A stretch of DNA of 63,910 nucleotides, filler included, from Reticulomyxa filosa (lineage: Eukaryota; Protista; Foraminifera): NCBI GenBank assembly GCA_000512085.1. It is 12 parts of 12 records of this genome, joined end to end, with 100 filler letters (N's around TTAATTAATTAA, not from the genome) between each part and the next. Parts side by side here need not be neighbours in the genome. Positions count along the whole stretch, not along the records: positions 27,121 to 32,048 come from ASPP01023438.1; positions 32,149 to 43,116 come from ASPP01012169.1; 10 more parts are not named here. One strand, given 5' to 3'. The notes under the pieces are model-generated. The model searched no databases. It was given only the letters and a program-made list of their open reading frames with translations, and had not been told where the DNA came from. The position numbers were made by a program, and so were the translations under genes. This document shows positions 27,021 through 40,000 of the stretch, piece after piece (the first letter of the stretch is position 1; the number at the start of each line of letters is the position of its first letter).

Positions 27021-27219
27021 NNNNNNNNNNNNNNNNNNNNNNNNNNNNNNNNNNNNNNNNNNNNTTAATTAATTAANNNNNNNNNNNNNNNNNNNNNNNN
27101 NNNNNNNNNNNNNNNNNNNNTTTTTTTTTTACTAGTAGCCGAACTTGGGACAAGTAAGTGAAAGCATTGGAGAAAAAAAGGACAGTATTTAATACAGGAA
27201 AAATTGAAGTACGAAGAGC

Positions 27220-27830
27220 ACAAAAGTTTTTTGCAGTTCATACGAACTGCGCGCAGTTGCGACTTGTTATAAAATGAAACTCAAGAATAGTGTAAATATT
27301 TTCGTTCATCAAATAAGATGGAAAAAAAGAAATAGCGAAACATTGTCGTTCAAATGTGTTTTGGTGATTTAATTGGCATCTGGCCCAACGGCCTGCGGGA
27401 TTGAGTCTTCCGACAATGGAAAAAAAATCGTTTTGAGGAACCAGCCGGTTGCTTGAATATAAAGCTGCAATCCGATAAAGAAAAAAAGATACTATTAAAT
27501 GAATATGCTAATTGCATCTTATTTATGGTGGCGATATGCAATCCAAAACGGTGAAAAGGAGTTACTTCGCATAGTTAAACTGTAGCTCCCGATAGCGCAT
27601 TTATACTAGCATCTGCGAAGATTTTAATACCTGGTTGCAATGCATTTCCAATTTGAAAGTCGGATTTGCACTGGCCAAAAACTAAAGACGTAATAACATA
27701 GAAGTTTTATTTCAAGCTTTTTTTTCTTTTCAATTTTTTGTTTATACGTATTTCCAAAAAAAAAAAAATTTCTTTTTGATAGATTGAATCTCAATTGTTC
27801 ACAGTGCTGCTTATTGATTGGATGAAATCA
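27220..27830. repeat. Diverged direct duplication, paired with about 29470-30070
   Basis: Shared blocks CATACGAACTGCGCGCAGT.GCGA, CATCAAATAAGA, GAAACATTGTCG and GTGCTGCTTATTGAT in the same order in both copies. Confidence 0.6.
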
Positions 27831-29469
27831 GTTTTCCAGAAAGCAATGAACAACAGCAATTTACATTTTTAACGTAATGTAGAATAAAAGAAATGGCCAG
27901 ACAAAGATTATATAATTCCAACATAAAGAAATCCAAGTTCGTGTAATATAGCGTACCAGAGAAACTTTGATTACTGTCAAAGTTGTCAATTTGCAATCGC
28001 TTTTTTTTCCAATGTTCAAACCAACGCATCGCCTTCCTTGTACTGTTTCGCTGACTACATCTTCATCTTATAATGGTCCATTTCTATGACTGACTCCGTC
28101 AATACAAAATTCTATGTTAAGTCAATCTTGTTTCTCTTTTTCTCTTATGCTTTTGAATAAATTGTTGTATTTGATAGATTACTTGAACGAATGGACATAA
28201 ATTAACTTCAGTTCCACCAACATGGATTGCTGAAATTGAAGATATTATTAAAATCTGAATTACCACAGGAATGCCTGACATTATTGAAACATGAATAAAT
28301 TGATTAGTCTGATAAAAAAAAACTGAAAGCGATTTATTAAATTGTTTTAACAATAACATTGATAAAATTTATTCATATAATTTTTTTTATTTCCTTTGTT
28401 GAGAGCACACGATAGTGAAGCTTTGTCATCTTTGGTTATTGTTTTCTTTCTTTTTTTATTTTGTTAATGCTATATACAAAAAAATCCGATGAGCTTATAA
28501 TGTTTCTCTTGAATACTATTTCGCATATCCTCACAAAATATTTTCGAATGCTTTGAGGAATTTAAAAATCATAAGTTATTTTCAATGAATGAAAAACAAA
28601 TTTTGTTTTAAATAAAACAATTTGAATCACTTCATTTTTAATATTTTTCTTTGAAAAAATTACAAAGTTTCAGGATCAATATTTAATTTTTCATATTGCC
28701 GACCACTGAATTTTGTTGAGCTATTTATTGATTGTGGAATGACAGTTCCCAATTAGATATACATTACATACAAAATTCAAATATATCTAGCAGTGCAAAA
28801 GAGATACAAAGTGACGGAGATGTTGTCAATTTTCTTCTTTTTTTCGTGATATCTTTACTAGAACTCAAATCTCTTCACTCAATCAATATGTAAACGAAAA
28901 AAACACTTGTAAGAGTGACTGTTGAAAATTGGAGTGAATGTGTTGAAAGCAAGACGTAGTGTTTGCTTTTTCCAAAAGTTCAATTATATGATATTTAGCC
29001 CAACGCTCACGTTTGGATTGCTCAAAAACAATAATCGTTCCATTGTTTATTCTTAATTTGTTGTTAAATTAATCAAGAAATTACAAAATTTTTTTTTTAC
29101 AATGATATTAAGTTACTTCAAATAGCTACGTATTTTAAAATACCTTTAGAAACACTTTTGAAAAAATAGCAGAAAATAGAAAAAAGCAATAAAAAATATT
29201 GAATAAATATTTGAAAGTAAAATGATCATTTTCACAAATTTTTTTAAATTAACAATGAACATTTTTTGAATTAATTAAAAGCGAAAGTCGCTGTTTCAGT
29301 TCAACTCATTTTGTTTGATATAGTGATAGCTCACTTCTAGTAATATTGTAAATAAGTGAATTTGTAGTTTTTAATCTTGATTAAGAATGAATCTTTGAAA
29401 ATTATTTTTTTGACAAGTATCCAGCAGTGAAATTACTACAAGTGTGAGATAGTAGAAGAAAAAAAAAAG

Positions 29470-30070
29470 CGCATAAAAGTTTTTGGCCTTGCATACGAAC
29501 TGCGCGCAGTCGCGATTCGTTATATGAAGCGTAATGATTTTTGAAATATTTACTTACATCAAATAAGACTGAGAAAAAAAAGTATATAGAAACATTGTCG
29601 CTAGAATGTGTCTCTCGTTGTATCAGTATGAAGCTCAATTTATTATGTTTTACAGCGAAGATAGTACAAGTCACACAAATGTACAAGAAGTTAAGATGCG
29701 AAGTTTGGTATCAACAAAAACTAGTTAATGATTATGACATTTTACAAAGTGACACTTATTTCAATCTACACAAGCGAAAAGAATTGTTTTGCATGATCGA
29801 ATCGTTGCTCATGACAGCGCATTTGTATAATCGTTGATAAAGATTTTGGAAGTGTTTCAATAAATTTCTATAAATTTGAAAGTTAGTATCATAATTCAAA
29901 GAATCGAAGATATTACGGCAAAGAAATTTGTTCTAGTTTTTTTCTTTTATGTCTTTTTTTTAGCGAGTGTAAACAAAAACATTTTTATTTGTAAGTATAT
30001 TCAAAAAAATTTTTTTTTACAAGGTGAAATCTTCTAATTATGGTGCTGCTTATTGATATGATGAAGTTAT
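29470..30070. repeat. Diverged direct duplication, paired with about 27220-27830
   Basis: Same shared blocks as the partner copy. Confidence 0.6.
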
Positions 30071-31224
30071 ATTAGTTGAACGCTTGTAGATTATAGACTT
30101 TTGATTAATTTAAAGATATTGATTATTATTGAATCATTGCAATGATTATTTGAATATGAAATAAACATTGTTAATTATTTTGCTGTTAACTTTTGTGTTT
30201 TGCTTCTAAATCATTTTCTTTGCTTTATATTTTACACTATTTTCGCTGTTAAAACATCTAATAAATTTTTTAAATTCTTTAAGCAATTCTCAATAAAACT
30301 TAACGTCCTGAACAATATAATGATTGTGATGACTATTCAAAGATAAAGTAAAGTTTTTATCCTTTAAGACAAGCTGTTAGTACAATTTATTGAAAGATAG
30401 TTTGCTCTAGAAATGCTAAATAATTATAAGAAGCAATTACATTTACAAAAATGCTGGAAAATCAAATGCATGAAAGTGTAAATTGATTGTTAAAAGACAA
30501 ACGGAGCGACCATGTGAAAAATATAAACAAAAGATTGAAATGATAATATTTCAAAAAGTAAATGTTGGAAATACCAAAAGCTTTTTCCTCCCAAATAATG
30601 ACTTAAAATGATAATTTTGATCCCAAGAAATGTGCCATCCACAAAACAAACATTGACACTGAGTGCTGTCTTCAAATGAAAAAAACTTGGAGCACAATGC
30701 ACAAACACAAAAAAAAAATCTCGAGTTAACCCCAAAAAAAAAATAAGAAAAAAAAAAGGAAATAAAAAAATAAGAGAAATAAACAGTAACAACAAAAAAA
30801 AGTAAACCTTCCTTAACTCTGTTTTTTTTTTACTTTTTGAGGGTGACAGTTATGCTCTCCCAACAAACGAAAAAATAAAATGTTGCAAAAAAAAACTTTT
30901 CAAAACAAAACATAAAAGTCACCAAAAATCTAAAAGAAAGACGTCCAAAAAAAAAAATTAAAGGAAAAAAAAAAATGATAATAAGCAGAGAAAAAAAAAC
31001 ACGCACACACACCTATGAAAGAGAAGAATTGTAATTTTGACAAAAGTACACAATGTTAATCCTGCAACATACAACAAAAAACGTAAGAGTGGAAAAAAAA
31101 CAAAAACATAACAAAACAAAAAACAAACCATTACCGTCACGTACACACACACACACACACACGCCTGATACACTTTGTATCCACGGCGAGATACAAAGGC
31201 ATTAATTTATGTTTGTAAATTTGG

Positions 31225-34200
31225 CTAACCAGTTTTGGTTTTATGAGGCAGAGTTTTATTTTTGGTTTGATGGATTATCGGTTTTGACTTTTCGGCTTTT
31301 TTAGTTTCATTTTCATTTGAATTAGATTTCTTTTTGGTGTCTTTAGATTTGTCTTCTTTGGCTTGCCTCGTTTTGTTTTTGTCGGCATCTTTTTTTGCAA
31401 TGGGAACAAAGTTTCTGGTAGGAGTACCGATTCGAGATCTCATGCCACGCTGCTTTCCCGTACGACGTTCTTGTGTGGCTTCGTTGATTGGGCTCTGGCC
31501 CACTTTGGCATTTGTGTGCGAATTTTTTATTACTTTTTGTTGGGAAAGTTTATGAGTTTTGTCCATTTGAGTTTGTGTTTCGCTTGTCGGCATATTGCCA
31601 ATTGAAGAGAACGAGGGCGCTTGATACGAATGTGACTGTGAATGAAGAGATGCTTTTCTCCCCTCATTCATCTTTCGACCTTTGCGCTCGTAATCGTATT
31701 GGCGAGCCCTTTCTCTTTGCTTCTTTTTCCCTTGTGGAGTGGTCGCTTCTCTTTATTGACATTTGTATTATTTTTTATTGCATGTGCGTACGTAATGTTA
31801 TGTATTGTCACAAAGTGATAATAAAATAAGGTAACTTGCGTTTTGTTTTGGGCTTCATGGCATTGCTGCAGTTATCTTTGGTGAGATCGCTGATAGCTCT
31901 TGTCGGAGTGGTGACTTTGGTCGTTGCTGTATTTGTCTCTTTCTTGACGTCTGGTTGTCGAATTGGGTGTGGTTTTTGGGGTTGGCTATGAGTATTGCTT
32001 CGAGCTTGATTTTGGATTTGGTTTTGATGTTGAGTTTGATTTTGATTTNNNNNNNNNNNNNNNNNNNNNNNNNNNNNNNNNNNNNNNNNNNNTTAATTAA
32101 TTAANNNNNNNNNNNNNNNNNNNNNNNNNNNNNNNNNNNNNNNNNNNNCGACAGCAGCAGCAGTGGCGTCCCCAGAAAGAGTTCCATCTTGTTCCTGGTT
32201 TTTTTTGGCGATAACATTGCTGCTGTAGCCTTTTGAGGCGCGCGTATTGGCGGCAATGATGTCTTGTTCCATCTCCCGATTTCGTTGTTGTGCGGAATGC
32301 AATTCGCGTTGCAAGCGAACGATCATTATGTCCTTGTCTTGAAACTGTCGTCTCAATTCTGAGTGACATTTGCAATTACAAATAAAAAGGAATAGCATTT
32401 GCATTGTCCACTATGGGCAATAAATAAATAAATAAATAAATATATATATATATATATAGATTATCAATACCGTTTAATCTTTTTTTATACTGTGATTTTC
32501 AAAGAGGACATTATTCATTTCGGTTTCAGTAAACACTTTGGGCGACGGAAGAGAAGGAGAAGTGGGAGAAGGGAGTTTGGGTTGTTGTTGGGTCGGTGGT
32601 GTGGCAAGTGACTGTGTCGGGAAGGAGGAAGAGGAAGAGGAAGAGGAAGAGGAAATGCGATCAACTTGCTCTTTGATTTTTTGGAGTGTCTCTTGCACTT
32701 GCACAGGAGTGGTATCTTTGGCGTTGGCCAATTGCCAAGACAGCACGCACAAGAGTTGGATGGGGTCATTGGTGGCATGTTGAAAGGGTGGATGGGTGAG
32801 ATACTGGTCTTTCAGCTGTTGTCGCAATTCATTGCAACTGTGTTGCCACGAAAGAATTTGTTGTTTGTAATGGAGTTCCATGGTATTGTATTTGGCTTCC
32901 AAGTTTCTCAATTCGGACACAAGTTGTTGTTGTTGTTGTTGTTGTTGTTCGAATGAAGATTGTTCATTTGGAGAATGCCACTGTTCGTGTCCCATCGTAT
33001 TAACATCGACATCGATATCAGTATCATCAATATCAACATCATCGATATCACCATTGCCATTGCTATTGCCTTCTTCCACTATGATCGCATGTCCACCGAC
33101 AAACTTGTCAGCTGCATTGGCACGCAGTTCGGCCAAAATCGACGTGTATTTATCCCCGCGCTCGCGTTCAAACGCTTTGCTATCCATGCTGGCCCTCGAG
33201 TGCGTGTCATTCCACAGCGGGGGCGGCGGGGCCATACTCGGTTGCACCGACGTCAACAGCGGATGTCCGGTGTTTGTCGTGGAAAAGCTGTGTCGACTTC
33301 CCTCTTCGCTTTGTGGTGTCATGATTTCGTCGTGTTTGTACTTACACTTGTATTGTTGGCCTTCACTCGCATTGCCATTCACATCGGTGATTGCAAACTC
33401 GGATGGCAAGGATGAAGAGCACCGTTGCAACATAGTCCACTCTGCCGGGTCCGTCATACTTTTGTTCGAGTCTTGAATGTCTCCAAGAGGAAGGATGTTG
33501 TGCAGCTGCAGCGATTCCATCATCGTGGCCCGATGCCAATGCTGTTCGACATGCTGCGTTTTTGGAAGTGCATTTTTTGGCTTTGGCGCAATGAGTTCCG
33601 TTTTGAAGGCGGCAACGAAGGCAATACGTGCTTTTCCGACATTTCTGACTCGCTCGTCCGTCGTCCGACATACTTGTCGACTTCTGAACTTTCCAACGTT
33701 TTCCATGGAACATTCTCCTTTTGCTGCGTTCCTTTGTCGACCATTGTCTTTTTTTCAACATACCATACGTACACACACACAACAAAAAAAAACACATCAT
33801 CTTTTTTGTAAAAAAAAAAAAAAAAAAAAAAAAGGGGGAGAAATTGAACTTAGTAGTATTTATCAGTTAACTGGATTGGCTGTACCATTGGTGCTGTGCA
33901 GAGAGATGGTCGATAGCGGAAGCGGTTGTTCCGGCCTGGTTCCATTAAGCGGGTGACGGGAACGATTATTTCTATAATTGTCATAAGTGACGTCATGAAC
34001 AACGGTGGAATTGACCACTGGTGCTTGCGACGGCTCGGGCCTTGCGTTCAACTCGACCTCCTCTTCCATCGCGTTGCTATTCCAAGGTTGTTGCGACGGG
34101 GATGCAATTGACTCACCGCCGTTGTCGTTGGACAGAGACACGACATTGGGTTGATGGCGTTGGAGTTTGTCTTCAAACGTAACGCACGACCCAATCACGT

Positions 34201-34740
34201 GCGCACGCGAGGATGCGTTATTGACAGACACGTACACATATATGCATGTTACTTTATATATACATATACATATATATAATATATATATAATATATATATA
34301 ATATATATATATATGTATATGTATATAAACAAACACACCTCTGGCTATTCGGGCTCGCATCTTGCCTTGGGCTGTGTACGGGTTCACAAATTGGCTGTTG
34401 ATGAGAAAAGGGTCTGGAACGTTCACATTTGCCATTGCAGATGCGTTCTTTGTGTTGCCATTGACGCCGTCGGCTGGTAATATATATGTTTCCAACTGTG
34501 TTCGATCTGATGGCCCTTTCAAGTCTTCTCCGCCTTTTTTTCATTCGCCGTCTCGTTTCCTTGGCTTCGATTATTTGCTTTGCTCATCTTGCTGTTTTTT
34601 GGAGATACCGGAAATGGAGCCTTGTCCCTTTCGGCGTTCACGTCTTTTCTGTTCAACTTTGTATGTGTGGCATACACGTTATTTGAAAATAATCAGGTCT
34701 ATTTTCGACTTTCTTCCCTCTCACCTGAAGTGTCATTAGT
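31225..34740 (-). CDS. Uncharacterised coiled-coil/low-complexity protein, multi-exon, probably spanning the gap at 32049
   Basis: Collinear minus-strand ORFs 33863-34522, 32474-33706, 32149-32404 and 31225-31671 with poly-Q/coiled-coil content and TA-repeat introns. The start is uncertain. Confidence 0.6.
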
Positions 34741-37008
34741 AAATTGAAATTTTTTGGTGATTTTGCTTATGACACGATTTTAATGTTCCCCTTTTTTTAC
34801 AACAAAAAAATACATAAAAACAACAAGTATTTTGCATTGCCTTGATGAACTACTGTTGTATTTAAAAATGAAGAACACTCTTTTGTTATCATCACATAAG
34901 ATAAATTTGAACAACTGTGAAAAAAACAAAATTACCCTGAGTAGCTCAAATACTTTTCTTTGCGAAACTGCGCCAGAAAAAAGTGGTTCAATTGTAGTTA
35001 CTGTCTTTTTATATTACGTAGGACGCTACGCTCCCTTTTAGAGAAAATATGTAAAGTGCTTCATATTAGCTACTTAAAGATGCTTTTTTTTATAATTCTG
35101 ATCGAGAAATTAAGCTGATTTCTTTCAACACAATACATGCGCTTATGAAAAAGTCAAAAAGTCAAGTTTATAAGAAAACAGCCATTTTGTGTAGCATTTG
35201 AATAGTTCTTTTAGTTAATAATCAAATTTTTGAATCGAATAGACAGAGTCTAAAAGGACTTGAGCCAACTTTAAAATAATATTGATTTAGTCGGCGTCAA
35301 GCGGATCTAAAAACAACTAAATGAGAAAATTTCAAATTTTTTAGAAATAAAAGTGTCAAAGATGAATGTTTTTGTTATTGTTGTTTCTGTTTGCAATTGT
35401 CTACAATTGTTCTGAAAAACTCAGCAAAAGTAGACGCAATCTTTTAACAACAAATTGTAAAAGTTAAAAATGTGATTTAAAAGATAATATAATGAGTTAC
35501 ATCATTGAAAATTCCAAACTGAAAGCTTTGTTTTTTTTGCACAAAATTGCTTTCACTTTTTTGATTAGTTGATGTATGTGAAAATGTGTCAGTGATCGTG
35601 TTTGAGAACTCATTATTTGGAATTGAAAGATACCGTCTTTGGGGATTATATTCAGTAGCGATATTAGTAATTCTTGTTGTTTTTGGATCAAATGGCTGGT
35701 TGGCGTCCTCTGCTGGATGTTTGCAATACTTCAAATTTAAAGATTTTTGGAACTTTCTCTTCGTCTAGTGAAGTGAATAGAGAAAAGGTATACTGGACAT
35801 GCCACGTGATTCAATATCTTTTGATGTAGCCACTGCAATTGAAATTGGTGGTATAAGTATATTGAATATCATCATTGGTTACATGTAAACTACAAGAATG
35901 ATCAAGACTGCACGTGCAGTGCACAGAAATGAAGAACTCTCTTATGCATCTTGGATGTAATACATCCGATCATCAAATTTCAAATGAAACAATGAAAGTG
36001 CTTGTTCATGTGGGGAGTCTACTGTGAAGAGCTACACTAAATGTAATACGAAAAGGTTTTACTCGAATGAAGTGACTTTCAGTGAAACAAAGTAAATTAA
36101 ATAATAAATCAAAATGACAAAAAGGAAAGTAAGAAAAGCAAGGAAGTAAGAAGTAGTTGGTTGAGGAAGTTTAGCCTACTGGGGATTCCTCAGTTCCATT
36201 TGTGCTCAAGTATTTATAGTAGGGACTTGTCCTATATTCATGCTAAGGAATGTGGTGTTATTGCTTTGACCAGTATCGTTTGCGCTCTTCTATCTTTTGC
36301 ACTTTCTTGGGGTATTGATGCTAGTCAGCTTAACTTTTGCTGAAAAAATCATCCAACTTTGTTTTGGCTATTTCAGCCAGCAGTAGGAAATATTATTGAA
36401 TGAACTCATCAGAGACACATAATTTTTTTAAATCCTTTTTTGTTTATTTTATTCATTTTGCGCATATAAAATCTTTTCTTAAAACATTACGATTTTGTGA
36501 AAAAGATCCAATGTAATCTCCACGTTGTTGTATATGGTAAACAAATTAATCGATTGCTTGAAAAGAGTGAGAAAAAAACAAGAGCTAGACCGCTGCTACA
36601 AATTTTGCTTGTTTCTGAAAGGGACTTGCAATATATTACTCAATGTACAGCTGCGTCTCAATAAAACAAATCACTTATTTCATTTGATTATCGTAGTGCA
36701 AATTATATTCAATTTTTGTCATTCAATAAATTATAGTTTTTTAAAATATTGTTAAAATATTTGCAGGTTTTTTGCGAAAGTGGCACTTTTTATTTTCATC
36801 CCAGTTAGCTCTTTTTAAAAAGTAGTGCAAATATTAAATTCGATTTGTGACACGTTTTTTGTAACTAAAATGATAAAAAGAAAAAAAAAAGATTGGATCA
36901 TTAAAACAAAATTTTTGTGGTTGTCAACATTGGACTGGTGAAGAATGGTTTTTGGCAACTTTGCGCTCAAAACATTGCAAATAGTCAATGCTACATACAA
37001 ATTAGCAA

Positions 37009-40000
37009 TTAAGAAAAAACATCTTCTCTGTCAGCTTCCTCGCCAAGTTCTACTGTCTCCTTTTCCTTTGTGTTTCTGCTTTCGTTGTCTCGCTCGTTTT
37101 CCCTAGTAAGGTTAGTAGCGTTTTCCATAGTGGCAAATTTTAAGAAGTGCGTAGGTCTGTGCATTTCGTGATAAAATGGCATTGGATTGCCAACTTTCAA
37201 GCCGTACTTCATGCCAACGTTAAACGTTTGTCCCATAAAGTTACGATTCCAGCTGCCTGCGTCCGGGGTCATGTAAAAACCTAAAAAGCGATCACTAAGC
37301 AACATTTGAATTTTATCGTAATAAGTTGCGTTGGAAGACAATTGCGACTGCAGTTGACTTGCAACGTTGACGTCCTTGTGTTCTTTACCCCATTCAAAGC
37401 CTTCAGGCGTGAGTCGATAAGCAGTTAAAGTGACACTTCCAGGAGTGTAGCTGCACGTGATAATAATGACTCGCTCCGCCACCCATTGCTTATTATGCAA
37501 TAAGCACTTGGCATGAGTGACTATATCTTGAGCACTCAATTCGGGCAATTCGGCAGGTTGAGTATGGATCCATCCCAGAGGCTCCAAATCGGACATGTAT
37601 GGAGTACCGCTAAGATCGGGTGTGTTCAGTGGTAAAGTGACGCTCATGTGACTGCCAATTTGGGGAGGCATGACAATAGCGCGGATTTCTTTCACTTGGT
37701 TGTTATCGGGAGGGGACGTGCCGTAAATGAATCCGGCAATTTGTGTACGCAAATCGCTAATGCAAATGAACTTGCGAAGTATATTCTTTGGCAGCACATA
37801 GGTAAGACCAGTTTCCAAGATGTCGTCACTGTTTACGTAAATGTGGTTTGTCCTCATATGCAAATTGCTTGCAGATATGGCTCTGATTCTCCAATCTGTG
37901 CGACTGCTAAATGTCTTTTGTTCAAATTGCGTCGTCGTGGTAATAACCATGGTTTCGCCGTGTTTGTTCGTGGTTTTGGTGCTGACACTCAACAAGGCCT
38001 CATTGCCACCGTCGCCCCCTTTGCCCGGGCCCGGTTTGTCAATCTCTTCAATCGCGGCTTCGTTCTGCGAAGGCGGTTGTATTTCAGCCCCCAAAATAAT
38101 GTCTCGAATTTCGCTTTGCGTGAGCGACTGGACATTCACGTTGTTCTTTTTAGCGTAGTCATTGAGGATAAGATCCTTCAATTGGATTTCCACATTGATC
38201 CATTCTTCATCGGTCAAGCTGGGCCAAATGTGATGCGACTGAGTGATTACAGAGCGATTGGGCTTCAAGATCATTTTGGTTTTGTCGGGATTGACGTGCA
38301 AAGCGCGGAAGATCAAAATCAAACGACTAAATGCGGTATAGCTGCTGATGCTCTTCAGCCATTCGTCGTACAGATTGAACAGACACATTTGCGGCTCGGT
38401 CGCCTTCAGGATCAAATCACCAAATTTCTCAATGGTCGCAAAGGACTGGAAAGGCAAGCTCAATTCACTGCCCTTGATGACAATATTAGGAAAATCGAGC
38501 AAGTGAACTTCGAGAGGGTCTAACATACCCTTTCGAGTGACAATGATCTGCTTGGGCTGCTCTTCGGGCGGCAAAGCTCGGATGAGAGCTGCAACTTCTT
38601 CGGCGGTCTTCCATTTGGCAAGTTGGGATAACCTCTTTTGCCCGGCCCACACACTCGTGTGAATGATCTTCAAATACAACTGTCCGGTGCGCGGATTGAA
38701 GACGAACATGGCGCCATTGATCGGCTTAGTGGTCAGGTTACCTTCAAAGGTTTTGTGAATGGTGACACGATAGACTTGGGTGTCGTCAACGAACCAAATG
38801 ATTTGATTGCTAAACAACTCGCCGTAGTTGCTACTGCTCAGATAAGGCTCCGTGGGCTCACTGCTGTATAATTGCAGCCCTTTGCGAATGCGTTCGCGCA
38901 GCACATACAATGCAGGATTCGCTTTCATCACCTTGGCCATCGCACGTTGTAATAGCGACTTGACACCGGGGAACCAATTGCCAAATCCAGAATGCAAGTT
39001 GTAAGCCAGGTCAATGCCGAGCAAGACTCCGGTGGCGGAAGGGTACAGAGACATTTGATCGGTCGTGTAATCCAAAAACTTGGCACGACAATACCTTTCG
39101 ATATCGTGCGAATCGTAATCTCCCCATCGAAGTTGGATGTCGATCCAATACTTGGTGTTGGTGGCTCCATCGTACGTTTCGGTTTTGTCGGAAAGCAGCG
39201 ACGGAGTACTGACCTGCCATTTGTACGCGGCAAATAGCAGAATGTCGGCGCAACTCGAGTTCATTTTGTACGACTTACGAGGATGGATGGTTTCCTTTTG
39301 CACCGTTTCAATCTCCAACACGTCCAGCGATTGATCGAACACCTGACATACGTCCATGACCAATGATTTGTGGATCTTTTGCCACAAGTGAGCACGGAAG
39401 ATTTGGATTAGCGAGATCTTCAATGTCGGGATTTTTCCGTGCATGAAAATGCCGGTCAAATCCAATTGCACTTGAAACCCAACGTATACGTTGGCACGAT
39501 TAATGGTCGGAGACCACCACAGTGTGAATCTGCGATTGGGGATTTGATTGAGACCCGACCTTTGGGCATTGGTCAATTTTTTGTATTTCATGCTTTCCTC
39601 AAAGCCCGACGCCTTTTCCCAAAACAGACCTTCCCAGGTTGGGAAATACGTGCCTTTGAACAGCGTGTGTTCCAGAATGCCCTCGACTCCACCCAGCGCC
39701 TGAATGACGTCAGTGCGATAGTTGTTTAAATTCCATAGCTTTCCGTCGTGTCTTTGATGTGTCCACCAAAACGGGTTTTGACGCAACACTTGATACTTTT
39801 TAAAGTCGGTGCGCACGCGCCAGCCTTTGTCGTAAGCCAACGTGTGTCTGTCCTTTTGAAACAGCGTGTTGATACGAGGGATGCCTTTGTCCCAGCTGTC
39901 TTCCAAGTCTTCCAAAGTCAGTCGTTTGTTCTGTTGGATGGCCTCTTGTCTTTTGTTTGCGTACTCTGCCCACACACGTTGACTGTCTTGAAACTCACTT

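Noticed and set aside
39590-39630. PRP8 intein
   Set aside because: The usual insertion site WEKA/SGFEE is contiguous, and no insertion of intein size is present.
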